This document shows, piece by piece, positions 48,286 through 55,404 of a stretch of 64,000 bases of DNA. The stretch's first letter is position 1; each line of letters opens with the position of its first letter. Both the position numbers and the translations under genes were made by a program. Where the stretch lies: contig OZ244065.1 in assembly GCA_965215505.1 (NCBI GenBank), forward strand, positions 4,352,001 through 4,416,000, written 5' to 3'. A model generated the notes under the pieces. It saw only the letters and a list, made by a program, of their open reading frames with translations, made no database searches and had not been told where the DNA came from. Origin of the DNA: Capsulimonadaceae bacterium (lineage in GTDB: Bacteria; Armatimonadota; Armatimonadia; Armatimonadales; Capsulimonadaceae).

Positions 48286-49726
48286 CCGCGTCCTCCTTCC
48301 GCGCCGGGCTGCCCGTCACCGTCAGGCGCAGGATCAGCGCCGACGCCCCCAGCAGGATGAGGGCGACGCGCACGGCGCGTGTCGGCTCCGCGACGTGCCC
48401 GATGAGCGGCAGGAACTGGAACAACATCAGGCCGAGCAGAACGCCGCTGACGATGACCGCCTCCTGACGCAGCCGCGCCAGCCCGCCCGCCCCCGAAAGC
48501 AGCAGCCCGACTGCCACGCCCAGCAAAACGCCCGCCACCGAGCGCGGCTGCCAGATGTAATCCAGCAGCAGGGCGGGCAGTGTCAGGACGACGACCCATT
48601 GGAGCAGGACCGGCCAGCGCGCGCCGCGCGGGCCGTCCCCATTGGCCGCCCACTCCGACGCAAGCAGCGGCAGCAGCGCGCCCAGGCTGACCGCGAACAG
48701 GTCCCAGATGTCGCCCGGCCCGCTGGCGTGGACCGCCGCGCCGTTCTGCAAGGTCGCCAGCCGGTAGACCAGTAGGACGGCGGCGAAACCCATGCCGACG
48801 CGCCCGGCCCGCCCGCCGTCCTCGGAAAGTAGGGCAGGCCCGGACACCAGCCAGCCGCCCAGAATGAGCAGGGCCAGACCGTAGCCGGACCACAGGGCGA
48901 AGGCCAGGGCGCTGCCCGATGCCAGCAGGACCAGCCCCGCCGAGGAGGATTGTCGGTCGTCCCCCGCGCCGCGCCCCGTCCGGACCAGCAGGCCGAACAC
49001 GACGGCCCCCAGCGTCAACAACTCCAAGGGCCGCCAGGAGGGCGCGACCCGCGACAGCGGCAGCAGGACCAGGAGGATGGCCGCCGCCAGGGGGCCGAGG
49101 GCCGAGGGCCGCCGCGTCCGCCCGGCGAATGCCGAGGCCAGCGCGCCCGCCGCGCCCAGCAGCAGGGGGACGTCCGCCCAGAATTCCTGGTTCCGCGCCG
49201 AGGCCCGCCCGAACCCGATCAGGACCGCCCCCGCCAGGCACACCAAATAAAGCAGCCCGACCACCGCGCCGCCCCCGCCGCCTTCCGCGTCGGGGTCCAG
49301 CAGGGCCGGGGCGACTCCGAGGCACAGCACGGCCAGGGCCGCCCCGATCATCAGCGCGGTCAGCCCGGTCACCTCCCCGTGCGTCAGCCACAGCCGCCCC
49401 GCCGCGACGACGGCCGTCCCCAGCCCGAACATGGGAGCAGCGGAAGCCGCCCCGGACCGACGCCGTGCCAGGGCGCAGAGCGCCCAGCCGCCCGATGCGC
49501 CCAGGGCGATGCCGCGCGCCGCCATGAAGTCCGCGCCCGACGCGCCCAGCCGGACCATCGCCAGGCCGAGCAGCAATGTCGCCGCCAGCCAGACGGCGTA
49601 AAACGAACGTGGAAGGGTTGGGGGCGCGAGTCGGCGCGCGGCGCGGCCGGCCCCCGCGCCGAGGGCCAGGGTCGCCATGCCGATCACCAGGGCCAGCCAG
49701 GGCAGCAGCCAGAAATGAGTCGCCAT
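48260..49726 (-). CDS. Polytopic hypothetical membrane protein
   Basis: Many hydrophobic helices; GAGGAG RBS; overlaps the macroglobulin start. Confidence 0.75.
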   Translation of the reverse strand: MATHFWLLPWLALVIGMATLALGAGAGRAARRLAPPTLPRSFYAVWLAATLLLGLAMVRLGASGADFMAARGIALGASGGWALCALARRRSGAASAAPMFGLGTAVVAAGRLWLTHGEVTGLTALMIGAALAVLCLGVAPALLDPDAEGGGGGAVVGLLYLVCLAGAVLIGFGRASARNQEFWADVPLLLGAAGALASAFAGRTRRPSALGPLAAAILLVLLPLSRVAPSWRPLELLTLGAVVFGLLVRTGRGAGDDRQSSSAGLVLLASGSALAFALWSGYGLALLILGGWLVSGPALLSEDGGRAGRVGMGFAAVLLVYRLATLQNGAAVHASGPGDIWDLFAVSLGALLPLLASEWAANGDGPRGARWPVLLQWVVVLTLPALLLDYIWQPRSVAGVLLGVAVGLLLSGAGGLARLRQEAVIVSGVLLGLMLFQFLPLIGHVAEPTRAVRVALILLGASALILRLTVTGSPARKEDADVTSRPRA

Positions 49727-49809
49727 GAGTCTCCTCAAGCCGCCGCGCGGCACCCGTGCGGGCGGGGTGGCTTGGAGGATGGATTAGACGCGGGGAGGGC
49801 TTTTTCCTG

Positions 49810-50436
49810 CTACGGGTCCGCCTGCCCCACCAGGGCGGCGCGATACCCCGCACCGACATCCAGGTCGTGGCAGGTCCACCGCGCATCCGCCGTCGGCGTC
49901 GCCGCCGAGGAGAGTCCCACGCCCAAAGCTTTCAAGAAAGCCTCGTGCCGGACCCAGGCCCGCGTGAAGGCGGCGGGCCGGTCGGCGGGCGGCAGCGAGG
50001 ACAGCCGCGCCGCCTCCCCGGCGGGCAGATACCGTCCGGCCAGCGACACGGCGGCGAGGTCGGGGCAGACGCGCTCGATGTCTATGCCGACCGTGCGGTC
50101 CCAGGCCAGCGCGAACAGGGCCACGCCACCGCAGTGAGACAGGTTGAAGCCCAGGGCCGCGCCGTCCCCTTCCAGGAAAGGCTTGCCATGCTCGGTATAG
50201 TGGAAACGGAGCGAGGCAGGCGGGCAGCCCAGGGCCTCGCCGAGCAGCCCGCGCAGCAGGCCGCGGGCGGCTTCGAACCGGTCCGCGTCGAGCGGGCGGT
50301 GGAAGCGGGCCGCCCGTGCGCGCTCGTCCGAGGAGAGGGAGAGTGCCAGTGCGTCCCGCTCCCCCGGCGGCAGGTCCAGATCCGCGCGCCAAACCCCGAT
50401 GCCCGGCGTCAAGACCTCAACCGGCGTCAAGCGCAT
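49810..50436 (-). CDS. Sfp-type 4'-phosphopantetheinyl transferase
   Basis: GKP, FNLSH, VGIDIE, WVRHEAFLKALGVG. Confidence 0.93.
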   Translation of the reverse strand: MRLTPVEVLTPGIGVWRADLDLPPGERDALALSLSSDERARAARFHRPLDADRFEAARGLLRGLLGEALGCPPASLRFHYTEHGKPFLEGDGAALGFNLSHCGGVALFALAWDRTVGIDIERVCPDLAAVSLAGRYLPAGEAARLSSLPPADRPAAFTRAWVRHEAFLKALGVGLSSAATPTADARWTCHDLDVGAGYRAALVGQADP

Positions 50437-52993
50437 CAAGGCAGGCCCCCAGCCGGTCTCCCAGCGCGCCGACGTCTCCCAGCAGGCAGGTGACGTGCGT
50501 CCCCGGCACGTCGCACACGGTCAGGGCCGGCGCGACCTCGCGCCACAGGGCGAACGGGTCGCCGGGGAACGTCTCGGGGTCGTCGGCGGCGCGCAGCAGG
50601 TGGACCGGGCCGGCATAGGGGCGCGCGACATAGGCCGCCGCCGCCCGGTCGCAGTCCTCGATCAGACCCGCCCCGCCGCGCCCCTTCGCCCGCCGGCCCC
50701 AGCTCTGCACCAAAGCCCAGGCCGGCAGCAAGGCCTGCTGCCAGGCGAGGAAGCGCTGCGCGCTGCCCGCCAGGCGGCGCAGGGCCAGCCGGAGCCGGGG
50801 GTTGATGGCGTGGACCTCGATCAGCGCCAAAAACTCGACCGTCTCGCCCGAGGCGGTCAGCATCCGCGCCATCTCGTAGCCGATCAGGCCGGACCCGCAG
50901 AAGCCGCCGAGCCGGTAGGGGCCGTGCGGCTGGGCCGCGCGCACGACCGCGACATATTCGGCGGCCAGGCTCTCGATCGTCAGCGGCCCGCGCCCCCGCT
51001 CGGTGGGGGCGTGGAGGAGGAGCATCGGCTGGTCCGCGTGCAGGCGGCGGGCCAGGTGGTGCGCGTAAAACCCTCCCAGCGGGTAGTAGCCGTGCAGATA
51101 GAAGAAGGGCCGACGTGAGCCGCCCGCGAGCGGCGTCGGCGGCGGCATCGGGGCGGGTGCCTCGTCCCGGCGCAGGAGGGCAGCCAGGGCCTCCACCGTC
51201 CCGCCCTCGTACAGCGCGGACACCGGCACGGAACGGCCGCAGGTCTGCGCGATCCGGTCCAGCAGCCGGGCTGCCAGCAGGGAATGCCCGCCCAGTTCCA
51301 GGAAATCGTCCCGGATGCCGACGGGCCGGATGTCCAGCAGGTCCTCCCAGACCTGCGCGAGCTGCTGCTCCAGGGGGTTCCGGGGCGCGATAAAGTCCGG
51401 GCCGCGCTCCCGCAACTCCCCGGCGGGCGGCGGCAGGGCCGCCCGGTCCCGCTTGCCGCTGGGCGTCAGCGGCAGCGCGCGCAGGGGGGCGACGACGGCG
51501 GGGACCATGTGCGCGGGCAGAGTCCGCGCCAGGAAGTCGCGCAGGGCTGTCCCGGTCGGCGAGGTCCCGGCCCGCAGGACGACATAGGCCGCCAGCCGTT
51601 TCTCACCCGGCCGGTCTTCGCGCAGGGCGGCGACGGCGTCCAGGATGTCCGGATGGCCCAGGAGGGCCGCCTCGATCTCGCCCAGCTCGATCCGGTATCC
51701 ACGCATCTTCACCTGCGTGTCCGCACGGCCGAGATAGTAAAGCTCCCCCCCGGCCCCTTGCCGGGCCAGGTCGCCCGTCCGGTACAGCCGCGCGCCCGGC
51801 GTCCGGTCGAAGGGGTGGGGTAGGAAGCGCTCGGCGGTCAGCACGGGCCGGCGCAGGTAGCCGCGCGCCAGCCCGGCCCCGGCGATGTAAATCTCGCCCG
51901 TCTCGCCCCCGGAAACCGGGCGCATGTTTTCGTCCAGCAGGAACAGCTCGGTGCCGGCTATCGGACAGCCGATGGGGATGGAATCGGGCAGCGGGTCGCC
52001 GTCCAAGCCGCGCGGAACCGTCCAGCAGGCCGCGTCAATGGTCGCCTCGGTCGGCCCGTAGACGTTGTGGAGGTCGGCCACGAGCTTCGCGTGGACGAGG
52101 CGCGGCAGGTCCGGCGGCATCGCCTCGCCGCCGCAGAACAGGTGCCGCAGGTCCCGGCACCGCACGATGTCCGGGTGCGCCAGCAGGACCCGGAGCTGGG
52201 CCGGGCCGAAGCCGGCCACGGTGATCCGCCGCTCGGCCAGCGTCCGGACGACATAACCGGCGTCCACCGTCCCGCCGGGGCGCATCAGGACCAAAGTCGC
52301 CCCCACCGTCAGCGGCCAGAAGATGGCCCAGACGGACGGGTCGAAGCTGAACGAGTACGACTGGAGCATCCGGTCGCCCGCTGTCAGCGGGAAGCACCCC
52401 TGACGCCAGTGCAGGTTGTTACAGGCCCCCCGGTGCGCCAGCAGGACGCCCTTCGGCTGCCCGGTCGAGCCGGAGGTGTAGATGACATAGGCCAGGTCGT
52501 CCGGCCCGGACCCGCCCGCCAGGTCTCCGCCCTGCTCGCCGTCCTCCAGGCCCGCGCCCAGGGGAATGACGCGCGCTCCGGCGGGGAGGAGGCCCCGCAG
52601 GCGCGGCTGCGCCAGGGTCAGGGTGGGCCGGGCGTCTTCCAGCAGGAAGGCCAGCCGCTCGGGCGGGTAGGCGGGGTCGAGCGGCAGGTACGCCCCGCCG
52701 GCCTTCAGGACGGCCAGCAGCGCGACGATCGTCTCCGGCCCGCCGTCCGCGCAGACGCCTACGACGGCGTCCGGGCCGGCCCCGTTTACCCGCAGGAGGC
52801 GGGCCAGCCGGTTCGCGCGCCGGTTCAGGTCCCCGTAGGTCAGGCGGCCGCCGTCAAAGACGACCGCGGGGGCGTCCGGCGTGCGTGCGGCCTGCGCCTC
52901 CACCATCCGGTGCAGGCATTCTTCCGTGCGGGCCGGATCGGCGCGGCGCGCGGCCAGGGCGGCTCGCGCGGCCAGGGCAGCTCGCGCGGTCAC
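50417..52993 (-). CDS. Stand-alone NRPS-like A-T-TE enzyme
   Basis: YVIYTSGSTGQPKG, YGPTE, YRTGD, SGKRDR; LGGHSLL carrier Ser; TE GGFCGSG and PGTH; GTG start overlaps the upstream stop (GTGA). Confidence 0.93.
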   Translation of the reverse strand: MTARAALAARAALAARRADPARTEECLHRMVEAQAARTPDAPAVVFDGGRLTYGDLNRRANRLARLLRVNGAGPDAVVGVCADGGPETIVALLAVLKAGGAYLPLDPAYPPERLAFLLEDARPTLTLAQPRLRGLLPAGARVIPLGAGLEDGEQGGDLAGGSGPDDLAYVIYTSGSTGQPKGVLLAHRGACNNLHWRQGCFPLTAGDRMLQSYSFSFDPSVWAIFWPLTVGATLVLMRPGGTVDAGYVVRTLAERRITVAGFGPAQLRVLLAHPDIVRCRDLRHLFCGGEAMPPDLPRLVHAKLVADLHNVYGPTEATIDAACWTVPRGLDGDPLPDSIPIGCPIAGTELFLLDENMRPVSGGETGEIYIAGAGLARGYLRRPVLTAERFLPHPFDRTPGARLYRTGDLARQGAGGELYYLGRADTQVKMRGYRIELGEIEAALLGHPDILDAVAALREDRPGEKRLAAYVVLRAGTSPTGTALRDFLARTLPAHMVPAVVAPLRALPLTPSGKRDRAALPPPAGELRERGPDFIAPRNPLEQQLAQVWEDLLDIRPVGIRDDFLELGGHSLLAARLLDRIAQTCGRSVPVSALYEGGTVEALAALLRRDEAPAPMPPPTPLAGGSRRPFFYLHGYYPLGGFYAHHLARRLHADQPMLLLHAPTERGRGPLTIESLAAEYVAVVRAAQPHGPYRLGGFCGSGLIGYEMARMLTASGETVEFLALIEVHAINPRLRLALRRLAGSAQRFLAWQQALLPAWALVQSWGRRAKGRGGAGLIEDCDRAAAAYVARPYAGPVHLLRAADDPETFPGDPFALWREVAPALTVCDVPGTHVTCLLGDVGALGDRLGACLDALDAG

Positions 52994-53949
52994 AGTGCGC
53001 TCCCCAGGAAGCTCGCGACGTCCTCGGACGTGATCTCCGGCTCGCCGGGCGCGACGTGGTCCAGCTTGCCCTGACGCATCCACCCTTCGAGCTGTTCCAC
53101 CAGGCTGAACAGGTGGTCGAACGAGTCCACGACGAACAGCAGCGGCTGGTAGAAGTTCGGCAGGAATCCCTGGTTGACCACCCATTCGAGCTGGAGCGAA
53201 TACCTCTGGACCTGTCTCGGGTCGGCGGCGCGGTCTATCTCGCTCCGGGAGCTGAGGAGTGCGCTGCCGTAGACCTTCACCCCGTCCCCCCCGCCCGGCG
53301 CGCGCATCAGGCCCGTCTCGATCGTGAACCAGAAGAAGCGCGCCATCGCCCGGATCATGCTCGTCAGTCGCCGTATCTTCTCCTCCTCGTCGGCCACCCC
53401 CGAGACCAGCTCGACCGCCGTGTGCGCGCACCGGCCGAACTGCACCAGCACGTCGGCGAAGGCCGGGTCGGTGTGCATCGGGACGTGACCGGTGATGTCG
53501 TGGAAGATGTCCGGCCAGGGGGAGAATGACTGCGCCGCATCCCGCATCGTCACCGTCGTCGGGAACTCGCGGCGGCGCAGGCAGTCGAAAAAGAGGAAGG
53601 CGGGCAAGTAGCCGCTGACGCCGATCGCCCGGAAGCCGGTCAGGGGCGCGAGGAAGCGGTTGACGTCCTCCAGGCGCGGCACCCGGTCCGGGTCGAGCCG
53701 CAGCGAGGCCAGCCCGCGCAGGAACGGCGCGTTCGCGTGCCGTACCCAGCGCGACTCCATCCCCGCATACAGCCGCCGCCAGGCGGCGTGATTCTCTTCG
53801 GAGTACAACTCGTAAGGCTGATGGATGAACCGCCGCCCCGCCAACTGGGCACCCTCGATGAAGGCCGATTTGCCCGTCGTCAGCCCGGTTCCCTCGGACT
53901 GTGAGAGTGACTTTTCGCTGTTCGAGAGTGACTTTTCAATGATCGCCAA
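52990..53949 (-). CDS. Pterin-dependent aromatic amino acid hydroxylase (PhhA-like) with an altered active site
   Basis: PDIFHDITGHVP (2 His), RFFWFTIETGL (Glu), YGSALLSS, YQP; start tentatively TTG 53949. Confidence 0.88.
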   Translation of the reverse strand: MAIIEKSLSNSEKSLSQSEGTGLTTGKSAFIEGAQLAGRRFIHQPYELYSEENHAAWRRLYAGMESRWVRHANAPFLRGLASLRLDPDRVPRLEDVNRFLAPLTGFRAIGVSGYLPAFLFFDCLRRREFPTTVTMRDAAQSFSPWPDIFHDITGHVPMHTDPAFADVLVQFGRCAHTAVELVSGVADEEEKIRRLTSMIRAMARFFWFTIETGLMRAPGGGDGVKVYGSALLSSRSEIDRAADPRQVQRYSLQLEWVVNQGFLPNFYQPLLFVVDSFDHLFSLVEQLEGWMRQGKLDHVAPGEPEITSEDVASFLGSAL

Positions 53950-54149
53950 GTGTCCATCCCCTGCGCCCCTATCTTGAAGACGGGACGCCCTGATGAACGT
54001 AAAGTGCAGATTCAGTGCCAACAATAAGGAAAATGGGGGGCGAGCGAGGAAACAGGTATATCACACAGGGTCGGTGTCAGGGGGAAAGTGTCAAGATTCA
54101 CAACGGCGCGGTGAGGCAGGCGACCATCAGGAACGCGGCCCGTCAGGAG

Positions 54150-54860
54150 TCAGGAACGCAGCCCGTAGCCGACCCCGCGCCGCGTCTCGAGCAGGTCGCC
54201 GGCCTGCACCGGTATCTTGGCGCGCAGCCGACGGATGTGGATGTCCACAGTCCTCTCGCCGCCCTCGAAGTCCACGCCCCAAACCATGTCCAGCAGGCGG
54301 TCGCGGGCGAAGAACTTGCCCCGGTGCAGCGTCAGGAAGCGCAGCAGATCGTACTCGCGCGGCGTCAGCGGGAGGATGAAGCCGGACGCGGAGCGCGCGC
54401 AGCCCGCGGCCAGGTCGAGGACCACGTCGGCGACGGTCAGCGTGTCGCCGGACTGGATGTGGCGCTTGCGGAAGCCCAGCAGGGACAGGCGGGCCAGCAC
54501 CTCGGCGGGCGCATAGGGGGGAAGCAGGAAGTCGTCGGTATAGGCGGGCCAGTCCGGCTGTTCCAGGTGCCTGGACGTCAGCAGGGCCAGCCGGGCGGGC
54601 GCGGGCAGCTCCTCCCCCCAGGCGTGCAGGAGCAGCCGCCCGGCGTGGCGCAGGGGCAGGCAGTCGGGGGCGGTGGAGAGGTCCGCCAGCAGGACGTCCG
54701 GGGGCCGGCCCTCGAAGGCGCGGCAGAGCGCGTCCATCGCCGCCGCCCCGTCGTCCAGGGCTGTCCGCTGCACGGCATAGCCGGCCAGCTTGAGGGCGCC
54801 GACGAGGGCGGCGGCGGGTCCGCCTTTTTCATTGGGGGCCAGGACGAGGACGTTCAGCAT
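54150..54860 (-). CDS. OmpR-family regulator with an atypical receiver domain, GlnR-like
   Basis: LTPREYDLL, VWG, RTVDIHIRRLRAKI, RGVGY; receiver lacks the N-terminal acidic pair and the conserved Lys; DW...DDFLL...PAEVLARL. Confidence 0.8.
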   Translation of the reverse strand: MLNVLVLAPNEKGGPAAALVGALKLAGYAVQRTALDDGAAAMDALCRAFEGRPPDVLLADLSTAPDCLPLRHAGRLLLHAWGEELPAPARLALLTSRHLEQPDWPAYTDDFLLPPYAPAEVLARLSLLGFRKRHIQSGDTLTVADVVLDLAAGCARSASGFILPLTPREYDLLRFLTLHRGKFFARDRLLDMVWGVDFEGGERTVDIHIRRLRAKIPVQAGDLLETRRGVGYGLRS

Positions 54861-54974
54861 GGCGGCACGGATCGTTTAAAGCACGGGTCGTTCGTGCGGG
54901 GATCAGCCGCGCCGCTGCGGGTGAGAGGTTTCTTGAGAGGTGTCTAAAGGAGTCCGCGTCAATGGGGTGATTCT

Positions 54975-55004
54975 ATTGTGGCACGGGAAGGGGGCCGGTG
55001 TCAA
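54975..55004 (-). promoter_or_regulatory. Sigma70-type promoter of the regulator gene
   Basis: Minus strand TTGACA-N18-CACAAT. Confidence 0.55.
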
Positions 55005-55009
55005 GGGTT

Positions 55010-55042
55010 GCGGGGGCCGGCACTTCCAGTGCCGGCCCCCGC
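55010..55042. terminator. Perfect 14 bp hairpin 3' of nirD (terminator or stabiliser; no U-tract)
   Basis: GCGGGGGCCGGCAC-TTCCA-GTGCCGGCCCCCGC. Confidence 0.55.
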
Positions 55043-55053
55043 GCCGGAGAGAA

Positions 55054-55404
55054 TCACACCGTCAGCCACATCTCCCCGCCCTCGGACAGACGGACCGGGT
55101 AGGTCTGGATGTCGCAGTCGCCCATCAGCCCGACCCCCGTCGTCAGGTCGAACTTGCGCGAGTGGAACGGGCACATGAGGATCGTGCCCCCGACCAGGCC
55201 GTCGGCCAGCGGGCCGTTCCGGTGCGGGCACTCCGCCTGGGTGGCGTAGACCGCCCCGGCGCGGGTGTGGAACACGGCGACTTCCAGGCCGCGCACCGGG
55301 AAGACGCGCCCCTCGCCCATAGGGATCTGGTCCACAGGACCGAGGGAGACTTCGGTTCTTTCCAATTCAGCCCTTTCCAATTCAGCCCTTTCGATTGTCA
55401 TCAT
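55054..55404 (-). CDS. nirD: Nitrite reductase small subunit (Rieske)
   Basis: CPHRNGPLADG and CPFH; ATGA overlap with nirB. Confidence 0.9.
   Translation of the reverse strand: MMTIERAELERAELERTEVSLGPVDQIPMGEGRVFPVRGLEVAVFHTRAGAVYATQAECPHRNGPLADGLVGGTILMCPFHSRKFDLTTGVGLMGDCDIQTYPVRLSEGGEMWLTV

Noticed and set aside
52994-53431. N-terminal extension of the NRPS given by the ORF track
   Set aside because: Overlaps the hydroxylase in another frame; the GTG at 52993 coupled to the upstream stop is more plausible
52990-53949. Calling this gene ordinary catabolic phhA
   Set aside because: Substrate-pocket residues deviate and the context is biosynthetic
53950-54149. GlnR box controlling the hydroxylase-NRPS operon
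   Set aside because: No GAAAC-N6-GAAAC pair; a minus-strand TTGACA at 54089-54094 lacks a properly spaced -10, so co-regulation with the nitrate genes is unsupported
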